A stretch of DNA of 64,000 nucleotides. It comes from an archaeon GW2011_AR5. Lineage in GTDB: Archaea; Aenigmatarchaeota; Aenigmatarchaeia; GW2011-AR5. A program made the translations under genes and the position numbers. The stretch lies in NCBI GenBank assembly GCA_000806115.1, contig JWKQ01000002.1, positions 256,815 to 320,814 of the forward strand, given 5' to 3'. Positions 8,104 to 17,466 of the stretch are shown one piece after another; position 1 is the first letter of the stretch; each line of letters opens with the position of its first letter. The notes under the pieces are model-generated. The model saw only the letters and a program-made list of their open reading frames with translations. It did not search any database and had not been told where the DNA came from.

Positions 8104-11100
8104 ATGAACGGATTCATGAAGGGAATAATAAAGACGGGCGTGATATTCTCAGCAGTGTTTGTAGCGGCAATTGCTTTATTCTATGTTCTGCCTGTGTTTG
8201 CAGGTCCCGGAATCACGCTGACAAGGGAAAACCCTTCCCCAGCCAATAACACCAATGTCTCCACCGTAGGCCTTGCCAGAGGATACTTCTTCGTTAACAT
8301 CTCAATCAACGAGTCGCTTATATCACTGGCAAATCTGGAGGTCTACAACCTCAGCGATGCTGGCAGCCTATTCATGAACTTCACTATGACAAACAGCACT
8401 GATAACACGATTCTCAATTATACTTATTTCAATGTAACTGGCTTGTTCAACGGCACGTTCACATGGCGGGTGGTCGGCGTAAACACATCCTCACTGGGTG
8501 CCAACCAGACATTCGGCAACTTCACTGTGACGCTCGGCCAGATATACAACGCAGTCATCACAAATCCGACGAACAACACTAACACAGCAAACGACCTGAC
8601 GCCTGAAATACGTGTGAGCGCCAACAGCACATTCCTCACGAACATGTCCCTGACACTCTACACTAACAAGGCTGGAGTCATCCAGGCTGTCAGAAACCTT
8701 ACAATTTTAAACGGCACCGAAACAGCTTTCAACCTGACGCAGCTCACCGGCGGCACCTACAACATAATAGCTGAGGCCGGCAATGGCGCGGATTTCAAGG
8801 TAAATTCAACTGCTCTCACGATCGTTGTCACATACCTCGAGGCAAACGCGACTCTTGACGTTTCTAATGTGCGCGCTGGTGCAGAGCAGAATTATACTTT
8901 CACTGTAGCCAATAACGGCACAGACACAATAGACAGGATCAACATAACTTACGACGCCGGCTTCGAGGATCCTGTAGCCGGCGACATCGTATGCCCTATA
9001 ACGACAAACATTTGGAACCGTTCCGTTGATGCCACGAACAACATGGTATCGTGCATCATGCCTGACCGTGACGTTGACTCTGGCATAACCTCTGGCAACT
9101 CGAAGACAATTAAAGTGGAAAACTGGTCGGCGTCTAATGTCGCTGGCAACAAGACATTCTTGGTGGATGTCCGAGGGCTCAAGAACGGGAATTCCAGCGT
9201 AGTCGCTAACATGCCTGCTGTCGCCGTATTTGGAAACCTGACAATCACAGGCACCAGCCGCGCAGCGGCAGCCAACCAGACTGGCACGACGAACCTGACG
9301 ATGATTTCATTCAACTTCTCCGCGACAGGCGAGCAGATGAACATCACGCAGATAATACTTACGCGCAACGGCACTGTAACCGATGCGGACATAGTTGAAG
9401 TGAAGCTGTACAACAGCACGCGCGAGAATGTAGGCGCAGCTTACAATGCAACAGAGGATTTCGACATAATTGCCGTCAACTCAAGCGCGCCTTCAAACGG
9501 ACGCTACACGTTCAGCGGGCTAAATTTCCGTGTTAATTCAAGCCAGATTGTCATTGTTGTCGTGAATGTCTCCAGCAGCGCTACGGGCGGCAGGACGATG
9601 AACTTCAGCATCGAAGGAGCGGCTGATGTCACGAGCGCAGGCAACGAGTCGAAGCAGGCAATAACCGAGACATTCGCAAGCCAGCGCTCGACAAGCACCA
9701 CGCTCTATGGCACTGTTTCAGTTACAGGCGCCTCGCGCGCGCCGGCAACCTCTGCCATCGGGGCAGGCAACGTGACAGTCATATCATTCAACTTCACAAC
9801 GACAGGCGAAGCTGTCAACATCACGGGCCTGAACATAACCCTCAACGGCACCGGCCTGACTGCAGCCGATATAAAGCACATCGGCCTTTACAACAGCACA
9901 TCAGCTGACGCCGGAGTGCTGGATGGGAGCGGCGTGAATTATGACTTGATTCAGTGGAACATATCCGAGCCTGTCAAGCCGGGAGACGACACGACGCTCA
10001 GGTACAACTTCTCTAACATCGCATTCAATGTCAGTTCAGGCGCCACAAACGTATTGCTTGTAGTTGTCAATGTCTCAGGCAGCGCAACAGGAGGGCACAA
10101 ATTCAACGCCTCCATCGAGGGCGCAGGTGATATAATTTCAACAGGCGTAAGCTCAGGACAGTCTCTAGTCGAAACGCTTGCCACGATGCGATCGGATAAT
10201 TCAACAATATACGGCAATCTCTCCATAGTCGGCACGAGCCGCGTTTCATCGACGACACAGATAGGTTCGAAGAATGTGACAGTCATCTCGTTCAACTTCA
10301 CCGCAACAGGCGAGGACATGAACATAACAGGAATTAATATTACAATCAACGGCACGAACCTTGCCGTCAGCAACATCGACAGGGTTGCGCTGTACAACAG
10401 CACGCTGCCCAATGCAAATGTCTTCAACGGCACGGTGTCATACGACCTGATCGCATGGAACAACTCTGCGCCTGTGGTGACAGGGAGTTCAATGAGATAT
10501 AACTTCTCCAACCTTGGCAAGTTCAATGTTTCCAGCAGCGCAGTGAACACGCTGCTTGTAGTAATAAATCTCACTGACGAGGGCGTCGCAGGCAGGACAT
10601 TCAACGCCTCCATCGAGGGCGCAGCTGACGTGGTGACAAAAGGCGGAACATCCAATCTTGCAATAACAGAAACTATATCAGGCCAGCGCTCGACAAGCTC
10701 CACGATATATGGCAATGTCTCGGTGGTTGGGTCGAGCATCGCTCCCGCGGGTGCTGACGTGGGACAGATAGGTGTGGGCTTCCTGAAGCTGACGCTCAAC
10801 GCAACAGGCGAGGCAGTCAATATATCAAGCATCAACATAACCTCTAACAACACAAGGAACCAGGATGTGCTGAGAGTAAGACTGTTCGACGACCTGGGCG
10901 GCACGTCAACAGGAACCTACGAGCGGAATGCCGACCTTCCGGTAGCCGGAGCAACTGGCTCGTTCGGCGGCGACTCCAGCGGTTCTGTGCTGCTGACGCC
11001 GACAAACCCGATCAACATTTCTGTCAATTCACTGCATTATGTTTACGTTGTCTTCGACATCAACACCAGCGCCACAGCCGGGCTTGACAGGCTCGGTGCA

Positions 11101-14100
11101 AGCATCCAGAGTGTCACTGCAACAACTGCCCAGGGCAATGACAGCTATGTATCGGTGACGCCGCAGCTTACAACAGGCGATCCTGGCGCAGTTAATGTCG
11201 ACATCAGAAACCTGACAGGCACCGCTTCCGCCATCACAACAGGAACAGCTGTTGCACGCACGGGTGCTGGAACGCTGAACAACTTCACTGTGACAGTGAA
11301 TAACACAGCTACAGGTACCCTGAAAGATTCAATAGACGAAATTAGGATACTGTTCGGCGGCACGGGCTTTACGTTCGCAGATCAAGCGGGTAACGCAACC
11401 TGCCCGACCATAGCGTCTGTCCCGTGGAACAGGACTATAATATCTGCCAACATCATCGTCTGCAACGTAACAGATTCTGGCGGCAGACTGGCGGCAGACA
11501 CGAATACAACAATAAGCCTGGAAAACTTCACGGCATCCGGAACTGCAGGCATATATCAGCTTAATGTTTCTGTCAGGGGCGCCTTGGGCGGCGTGTTCAA
11601 CGTATCATCGAACCCGTCAATAAGTGTTTACGGAAACCTGACAGCCAAAGCTACCAACGGCGTCAACGCGACGACAGAGGTAGGCAAGAACAGGATAACA
11701 TTCTTCTACATTAACCTCTCAGCAAGCGGCGAGGCAATGAATGTCTCGGAAATACTTGTCACGTTCAATGGGACAGGGCTCGTGGCAGCTGACATCGCGT
11801 CAGTCGAGCTCTACAACAGCACTGACAAGAGCACGACTATTGTCAACGGCTCACAGACGCTCATAAGGACGAACGTCACGCCTTCGGCGCCTGACCTTAC
11901 TTACAACTTCTCGGGCCTCAACTTGTCTGTCCCGGCTGACGTTACCGGACAAATTGTGCTGGTTGTTGCGAACATATCAGGCAGCGCAACCGGCGGGCAT
12001 GTTGCGAATGCGACAGTTATCAACAATAACAACATGGTGACAATCGGCTCGCTGACAGGAATCAACGCAGCCGAGAACTTCACTACTCAGGTCAACTCGA
12101 CGAACACGACAATAATTGGCAATCTCTCCATAGTCGGCACGAGCCGCGTCTCATCGACAACGGCAATCGGCACTAACAACATCACAATAATATCGTTCAA
12201 CTTCACCGCAGCGGGCGAGGCCATGAACATCAGCGGAATAAACATAACAATAAATGGCAGCAGCATAACGGCAGCTGATATAGTCGGCGTTGCGCTGTAC
12301 AACAGCACGCTGCCCAATGCAAATGTCTTCAACGGCACGGTGTCATACGACCTGATCGCATGGAACAACTCTGCGCCTGTCAAGCCGGGCGACGACACGA
12401 CGCTCAGGTACAACTTCTCCAACCTTGGCAAGTTCAACGTGTCTGCCGGCGAGACAAATACACTGCTTGTTGTCATCAACCTGTCCAGCAGCGCAACCGG
12501 CGGGCGGGCATTCAACGCCTCCATAGAAGGCGCAGCTGACGTAGTAACGACAAGCGCCATATCAGACAAATCCATAACAGAGACGTTCGTTAGCCAGCGT
12601 TCCGCAACTTCGACAATTCTTGGCACGCTGTCGATAACAGGAACCAGCCGCGTCGCAACTTATACGCGTCTGGGCACGAACAACGTAACAATTATATCAT
12701 TCAACGTCTCCAGTTCTGGGGAAGCGATGAATATAACAGGCATCAACATAACCCTTAACGGCACACGTACTACAGCCGATATAGCCCGCGTAGGCATATA
12801 CAACAGTACTCTTCCGGACGCAGGAGTGTTCAACGGCACGGTGTCATACGACCTGATTGCCTGGAACAACTCCGAACCTGTCAATGGCAGATATAACTTC
12901 TCGAACATTGCATTCAATATAAGCTCAGGCGGCTCGAACACGCTTCTCGTTGTGGTGAATGTGTCAAGCAGCGCCATAGGCGGGCTTACATTCAACGCCT
13001 CCATAGAAGGCGCAGCTGACGTTGTAACGACAGGCGTGACATCGGGATCAACCATCGCAGAAACTGTCGCAACGCCGCGCTCCGATAGCTCCACACTCGT
13101 GTCGCTCATAGCGATTGGAACAAGCCGCGCTCCGGCTACGGCTATTGTCAACAAGACAAACATTACCTTGATATCATTCAATGTTTCCGCTCTGGGCGAA
13201 CAGATGAACATAAGCGGCATAAACATCACGATTAACGGGACGGTCAATGTGAGCGCCATAGCCAGCGTAGGCATATACAACAGCACTCTTCCGGATGCAG
13301 GAGTGTTCAACGGCACGGTGTCATACGACCTGATTGCCTGGAACAACTCCGAGCCTGTGGGTGGTGGAGGAAACACGCTCAGGTACAACTTCTCCAACCT
13401 TGGCAAGTTCAACGTTTCTGTTGGCAGCAATACCCTGCTTGTAGTTGTGAATCTCTCAGGCAACGCGGCAGGCGGCGCGACATTCAACGCCTCCATCGAG
13501 GGCGCAGCTGACATGGTAACGACCGGCGGCGTGTCTGGTTTGGACATCACCGAGACGCTTGCAACACAGCGTTCGTCAAGCACGACAATATTTGGCAATC
13601 TTTCAGTTACCGCAACGGATTCGCTGGCTTCATGGACGCGCCTCGGCTCGACTAATGTTACAGTTCTCATACTGAATTTCACCGCGACAGGCGAACAGAT
13701 GAATGTGTCCGAAATTATACTTACAAGGAACGGGACCGTTACGGATGCGAACATAATCGAAGTCAAGCTCTACAGCACGGACAGACCTGACATCGCGAAC
13801 TTCAATGGAAGCCAGACGCCTCTTGTGACTAACCTCACGCCTTCTGCCAACAGGTACAACTTCTCCAACATCAATCTGTCGGTGCCGGCTGGAGCTACGG
13901 GCAAAATAGTCCTCGTGGTTGTCAACGTGTCAGGAACGAACACGGGAGCGGGCGGAAGCACGTTCAACTTCTCAGTTGAATCTGCATCTGACATAGTGTC
14001 GAGCGGCAACACGTCATATCAATCAATAGCAGAAACCCTAACAGGCAGCATAAGGTCTAATACGTCAACACTAGTGGGCATAAATGTCACCGCCACCGCA

Positions 14101-15585
14101 CTGGCGCCATCCATTATGTCAGCAAACCAAACAGCAACTGCTATGCTCAACATAAGCGTGACGTCATCCGGTGAGTCGATGAACATAACAAGCTTCAATT
14201 TCACGCTTACAGGCAACGCGACAACTGGCAACATCAGCGACGTGCGTCTTTACAGGGACGACGCAGCGCCACTGGGCGCATTCACGGACGCGGACACATA
14301 TCTGGTAACTCGAGGCACGTTTAACGAAGCAGATATCCAGCTCAACCTTTCAGTTATCAACTACAACCTGTCAGTGCCAACGAGCGCGACAAGGTTCTTC
14401 GTGACATTCAATATATCCGGCGGCGCTCGTACATGGGCAACAGTTGGGGTGCAACTCACTCCTAGCGGCATAGCGGCTGTCGGCAATGCATCAGGCCTTG
14501 CAATATCAGTGACGGGCAATTCAGTTGCATCCACGAACTCGACGATCCAGTCCGAAGCAAACCTGATATTCGGCACCGTCACGTCGAACTATCCTTGGAT
14601 TACCAACAAGACAACTTTGGTAAACACAACTAACATTTCAATTCCGATAACGAACGGGGGTGCAGCCACGGCAACATTGACGAGCGTGCTTATAACGTTC
14701 CTCAGCGAGGCCAATGCCAACAATGCATCGTCCAATTTCACTGTGGTCCGTGCTGACACAGTTGCATCAATAGCGGGCGGTGTCACAACTACGCTGAACT
14801 TCACTGTAAACGCCACGACAGGCGCGCAGCTTGTCGGCCGCGTAAACGCTAGCGTGATGCTGAGATATAATGACAGCAATTCCGCCGCCGCAGTCACAGC
14901 CGGCCCTGTAGAGACAAACACATCAGGATTGTTCGGCGTGGACGGGACATCGCCGACAATAAGCATAGTCAACCCTGTCCTCAGCGGCAATGTCAGCGGC
15001 AATCAGGTTGACGTAAACTTCACTCTCAATGACACGGGCTCTGGAGTCAACAGAAGTGCAATAGCAATAAGCATAAACAGCGTGGCGAGGAACGCGACAT
15101 GCAACAGCAGCGGGCTCAATTTCACCTGCAATTTCACGCTTTTCAGCAGCGACAGCTTGTTTGTGTTCGGAAGCATCACCGCGCGAATAACGAATATCAC
15201 TGACAACGCGACGAACTCGGCGAGCACGGCAGAAATCAACTTCACGCTCAACAACAATGATGGTGTCGCGAATCTGACAAGGCCGATAGTAGGCGCGGAC
15301 CCGTATGCTCTTGGCTGGAATACCATCCAGATGCCGACGCAGACCATGATGGAACAGCAGGGCAGGAATGCGTCGAACACCGGTGATTTCAACTTCACGT
15401 CGCTCATGGCGAGCCTGGGCACCAGCTGGACTCACATGTATTACAATACAAACGGCACGAGCACAGGCTGGGTACTGGCAACAAGGACGGATTTCGCGGG
15501 TTCCACGCTGAAATATCTGAACAACACGAATGCCAATCCTTACTGGATAAACATGACATCGCGTGGCATGGTGTTCAAGATATAA
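8104..15585 (+). CDS. Giant (2493 aa) secreted, N-glycosylation-sequon-saturated repeat protein (adhesin or S-layer-associated)
   Basis: N-terminal signal/anchor GVIFSAVFVAAIALFYVLPVFA, then about ten tandem ~150-165-aa modules. There is roughly one NxS/T sequon every 10-15 residues (by eye, not counted), no cysteine-rich domain and no C-terminal anchor. GGAGTG lies 8 nt upstream of the ATG. Confidence 0.9.
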   Translation: MNGFMKGIIKTGVIFSAVFVAAIALFYVLPVFAGPGITLTRENPSPANNTNVSTVGLARGYFFVNISINESLISLANLEVYNLSDAGSLFMNFTMTNSTDNTILNYTYFNVTGLFNGTFTWRVVGVNTSSLGANQTFGNFTVTLGQIYNAVITNPTNNTNTANDLTPEIRVSANSTFLTNMSLTLYTNKAGVIQAVRNLTILNGTETAFNLTQLTGGTYNIIAEAGNGADFKVNSTALTIVVTYLEANATLDVSNVRAGAEQNYTFTVANNGTDTIDRINITYDAGFEDPVAGDIVCPITTNIWNRSVDATNNMVSCIMPDRDVDSGITSGNSKTIKVENWSASNVAGNKTFLVDVRGLKNGNSSVVANMPAVAVFGNLTITGTSRAAAANQTGTTNLTMISFNFSATGEQMNITQIILTRNGTVTDADIVEVKLYNSTRENVGAAYNATEDFDIIAVNSSAPSNGRYTFSGLNFRVNSSQIVIVVVNVSSSATGGRTMNFSIEGAADVTSAGNESKQAITETFASQRSTSTTLYGTVSVTGASRAPATSAIGAGNVTVISFNFTTTGEAVNITGLNITLNGTGLTAADIKHIGLYNSTSADAGVLDGSGVNYDLIQWNISEPVKPGDDTTLRYNFSNIAFNVSSGATNVLLVVVNVSGSATGGHKFNASIEGAGDIISTGVSSGQSLVETLATMRSDNSTIYGNLSIVGTSRVSSTTQIGSKNVTVISFNFTATGEDMNITGINITINGTNLAVSNIDRVALYNSTLPNANVFNGTVSYDLIAWNNSAPVVTGSSMRYNFSNLGKFNVSSSAVNTLLVVINLTDEGVAGRTFNASIEGAADVVTKGGTSNLAITETISGQRSTSSTIYGNVSVVGSSIAPAGADVGQIGVGFLKLTLNATGEAVNISSINITSNNTRNQDVLRVRLFDDLGGTSTGTYERNADLPVAGATGSFGGDSSGSVLLTPTNPINISVNSLHYVYVVFDINTSATAGLDRLGASIQSVTATTAQGNDSYVSVTPQLTTGDPGAVNVDIRNLTGTASAITTGTAVARTGAGTLNNFTVTVNNTATGTLKDSIDEIRILFGGTGFTFADQAGNATCPTIASVPWNRTIISANIIVCNVTDSGGRLAADTNTTISLENFTASGTAGIYQLNVSVRGALGGVFNVSSNPSISVYGNLTAKATNGVNATTEVGKNRITFFYINLSASGEAMNVSEILVTFNGTGLVAADIASVELYNSTDKSTTIVNGSQTLIRTNVTPSAPDLTYNFSGLNLSVPADVTGQIVLVVANISGSATGGHVANATVINNNNMVTIGSLTGINAAENFTTQVNSTNTTIIGNLSIVGTSRVSSTTAIGTNNITIISFNFTAAGEAMNISGINITINGSSITAADIVGVALYNSTLPNANVFNGTVSYDLIAWNNSAPVKPGDDTTLRYNFSNLGKFNVSAGETNTLLVVINLSSSATGGRAFNASIEGAADVVTTSAISDKSITETFVSQRSATSTILGTLSITGTSRVATYTRLGTNNVTIISFNVSSSGEAMNITGINITLNGTRTTADIARVGIYNSTLPDAGVFNGTVSYDLIAWNNSEPVNGRYNFSNIAFNISSGGSNTLLVVVNVSSSAIGGLTFNASIEGAADVVTTGVTSGSTIAETVATPRSDSSTLVSLIAIGTSRAPATAIVNKTNITLISFNVSALGEQMNISGINITINGTVNVSAIASVGIYNSTLPDAGVFNGTVSYDLIAWNNSEPVGGGGNTLRYNFSNLGKFNVSVGSNTLLVVVNLSGNAAGGATFNASIEGAADMVTTGGVSGLDITETLATQRSSSTTIFGNLSVTATDSLASWTRLGSTNVTVLILNFTATGEQMNVSEIILTRNGTVTDANIIEVKLYSTDRPDIANFNGSQTPLVTNLTPSANRYNFSNINLSVPAGATGKIVLVVVNVSGTNTGAGGSTFNFSVESASDIVSSGNTSYQSIAETLTGSIRSNTSTLVGINVTATALAPSIMSANQTATAMLNISVTSSGESMNITSFNFTLTGNATTGNISDVRLYRDDAAPLGAFTDADTYLVTRGTFNEADIQLNLSVINYNLSVPTSATRFFVTFNISGGARTWATVGVQLTPSGIAAVGNASGLAISVTGNSVASTNSTIQSEANLIFGTVTSNYPWITNKTTLVNTTNISIPITNGGAATATLTSVLITFLSEANANNASSNFTVVRADTVASIAGGVTTTLNFTVNATTGAQLVGRVNASVMLRYNDSNSAAAVTAGPVETNTSGLFGVDGTSPTISIVNPVLSGNVSGNQVDVNFTLNDTGSGVNRSAIAISINSVARNATCNSSGLNFTCNFTLFSSDSLFVFGSITARITNITDNATNSASTAEINFTLNNNDGVANLTRPIVGADPYALGWNTIQMPTQTMMEQQGRNASNTGDFNFTSLMASLGTSWTHMYYNTNGTSTGWVLATRTDFAGSTLKYLNNTNANPYWINMTSRGMVFKI
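9232..14550 (+). repeat. About ten tandem coding repeats (~450-500 nt each) inside the giant gene
   Basis: The module consensus is ..G(T/A)SR....G..N(V/I)T.ISFNF(T/S)A.GE.MNI(T/S)GINIT.NGT....I..V.LYNST....VFNGTVSYDLIAWNNS.PV...RYNFSN..FNVS....TLLVV.N.S.SA.GG..FNASIEGAADVVT......I.ET....RS..ST. A CARDB-like segment occurs twice (about aa 250-380 and about aa 1040-1170), implying a higher-order duplication. Confidence 0.85.
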
Positions 15586-15597
15586 TTTTTATTTTTA
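15586..15597 (+). terminator. Oligo-T terminator after the giant gene
   Basis: TTTTTATTTTT lies immediately after the TAA stop. Confidence 0.5.
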
Positions 15598-15659
15598 TAG
15601 TTTTCATTTAATTATACTCACGGCTATAAGCAGGAAAATCCCTGTTCGGGTGTGAATTC

Positions 15660-16772
15660 ATGAACAAGATTTATGTTTCGGCTTTGATATTTGCGCTTTT
15701 TGCATCTGTATCGTTCGCAGCTTCTCCATATTTTTTCAAGGGCTATGTGCATGTTAACGGCTCGCTGGCACCAAACGGTACTATAGTGGAGATTTTTCTT
15801 AACGGAACGAATAGCGTGCTTGGATCGTCTGTAGTCGGGGAAGGCACACTTGGCGGCACGCCACAGGGATGGTACACCGTAGGTTTTGAAGGGAACTCGG
15901 AAAACATCGTTTCTTTCAGGGTAGACAATCTTACTCCCATATCCGCCAATGGCACCAATGTCACAGCTCAAACGCTTGGTTCTGGTGTAATTCATGACAA
16001 TTTCAACCTTTCAGTCAACAAATCTTCACAGGGAAGTTCATGCTTGTACGCAATAGGTTGCTCAAGCGGCTTCTGTGTTGACAGCTATTGCTGCAACTCG
16101 GCATGCGGCGGAGCCAGCGAGGACTGCAACGTGGCAGGCTCATTGGGGACATGCACATCTACTGCAAGCAGCTCCAGCAGCGGAGGAGGCGGAGGCTCGT
16201 CAACGCCTTCAACAACCGAGACGCTTACGGTAGCCAGCGTCAATGCCGGCGCAGCCGCGACGTTCACGACAACTAATGCGGCATCTCTGGGCGTGGAGAC
16301 TATACAATTTACCTCTTCTGTATCAGCTACAAATGTCCAGGTAACAGTGAAGGAGGTCAAGGAAACGGCTATAACGACGACAGGTGCCATTTCGCTTGCA
16401 TCTTCAGACGGCGCTGTTTACAAGTACCTGGAAATCACAAAAACTGGACTGCAAACTTCCCAGATGTCATCTGTTAAGGTTAATTTTAAGGTGCCCAAGA
16501 GCTGGCTTAGCTCAAACAACATAGACAAGAACACTGTAGCGCTTAACAGATACAATAACGGCTGGGCAAAGCTTGCAACAACAATCAGAAGCGAGGATGC
16601 AACGTACGTCTACTACGCGGCGGACACGCCAGGATTTTCCACTTTTGCCATAACTGGCGAGAAAGGCGCGACATTTTTCGAACTAATAAGCAAGATAGAC
16701 GATTATTACGCAGGCAGGATAACATTCTTCGCCTTGATAGACGCAATAGATTTATACTATAATTCACAATAA
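15660..16772 (+). CDS. Secreted PGF-pre-PGF-domain protein
   Basis: Signal peptide MNKIYVSALIFALFASVSFA, a Cys-rich knot (CLYAIGCSSGFCVDSYCCNSACGG) and a Ser/Gly linker. Then VYKYLEITKTG...VKVNFKVPKSWL..NNIDKNTVALNRYNNGWAKLATT...ADTPGFSTFAITG, which I recognise as the PGF-pre-PGF domain pattern. Confidence 0.75.
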   Translation: MNKIYVSALIFALFASVSFAASPYFFKGYVHVNGSLAPNGTIVEIFLNGTNSVLGSSVVGEGTLGGTPQGWYTVGFEGNSENIVSFRVDNLTPISANGTNVTAQTLGSGVIHDNFNLSVNKSSQGSSCLYAIGCSSGFCVDSYCCNSACGGASEDCNVAGSLGTCTSTASSSSSGGGGGSSTPSTTETLTVASVNAGAAATFTTTNAASLGVETIQFTSSVSATNVQVTVKEVKETAITTTGAISLASSDGAVYKYLEITKTGLQTSQMSSVKVNFKVPKSWLSSNNIDKNTVALNRYNNGWAKLATTIRSEDATYVYYAADTPGFSTFAITGEKGATFFELISKIDDYYAGRITFFALIDAIDLYYNSQ

Positions 16773-16787
16773 TTGGTTGGTAATTCA

Positions 16788-17426
16788 ATGAAAAAAATAT
16801 TATTTGCACTGGCATTTTTGCTCTTGGCAACGTCTGTCTTCGCGGCTAACGTCGACCGCAGCATGCCTGAACGCGTTGAGCCTTCGACAACCTTCACAGT
16901 GACATTTACAATTAACCCGGAGGGAACGCTTTCCGCTTTTGACTTGGCTGATTTCGTGCCCAATGGCTGGACACTTAATGACTGGTCGGTTTCCGGTTAT
17001 GCGCGCAGCGACATGGCTTATGACAGCCAGGTTCGCGAATATCAGGGCAAAACAAGGAACGGATTGCATTGGGCATTGAATAAGAGCTTCAGTGCGCCGG
17101 TTACGCTTTCTTACACGATGAACGCGCCTGCCACAGCTGGCACATATGAATTCATAGCAGTCTGGACGTACCCTGGCGGCTTCAATTCAAAAACCAGCAA
17201 CCTCAGGGTAGAGACAGCGCTGCCTTCGACGCCGACAACGCCGACAACGCCGACAACACCAACAACTCCAACAACGCCTACCACACCATCCCAACCCTCG
17301 ACTCCATCCCAGCCGACAACGCCTGCAGCCGATTATACAATCGGTCTTGTAATCCTCGTAATCATAATAATTGCAGGCGGCGCGTACATGATGCTCAGGC
17401 CCAAGGCAAAAAAGTCTCACAGCTGA
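16788..17426 (+). CDS. Surface protein with Thr/Pro-rich stalk and C-terminal TM anchor
   Basis: Signal peptide MKKILFALAFLLLATSVFA, a ~150-aa beta-rich domain, (TPT)n/SQPSTPSQP linker, TM IGLVILVIIIIAGGAYMML and tail RPKAKKSHS. The track start (TTG at 16773) is replaced by the ATG at 16788. Confidence 0.8.
   Translation: MKKILFALAFLLLATSVFAANVDRSMPERVEPSTTFTVTFTINPEGTLSAFDLADFVPNGWTLNDWSVSGYARSDMAYDSQVREYQGKTRNGLHWALNKSFSAPVTLSYTMNAPATAGTYEFIAVWTYPGGFNSKTSNLRVETALPSTPTTPTTPTTPTTPTTPTTPSQPSTPSQPTTPAADYTIGLVILVIIIIAGGAYMMLRPKAKKSHS
17231..17284 (+). repeat. 9-bp tandem repeat (GCCGACAAC x3 exact, then 3 degenerate units) encoding the TPT stalk
   Basis: Read directly from the sequence: gccgacaac gccgacaac gccgacaac accaacaac tccaacaac gcctaccac. 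Confidence 0.9.
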
Positions 17427-17466
17427 TTTCTCCTAATTCTTTAACTTATTTGTTCAATTCTAGAAA

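Noticed and set aside
8424-15435. Many long minus-strand ORFs (e.g. 9951..10904 at 317 aa, 12660..13766 at 368 aa, 12087..12626, 14589..15002, 14923..15435) inside the giant gene
   Set aside because: They are antisense shadows of a repetitive, codon-biased gene. Their translations are low-complexity (V/L/T/S/P-rich), repeat with the same period as the sense modules, and have no starts with SD or TATA context.
17231-17284. 9-bp tandem DNA repeat as a possible regulatory or contingency locus
   Set aside because: It lies in frame inside a CDS and simply encodes the (TPT)n stalk. Unit length is a multiple of three, so slippage would change linker length, not reading frame. It is reported as a repeat feature only.
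3508-17426. Envelope island as a horizontally acquired or mobile genomic island
   Set aside because: I see no integrase, transposase, flanking direct repeats or tRNA-adjacent attachment site at its borders. Promoter and SD style match the rest of the window. Composition was not computed, so this is not formally excluded.
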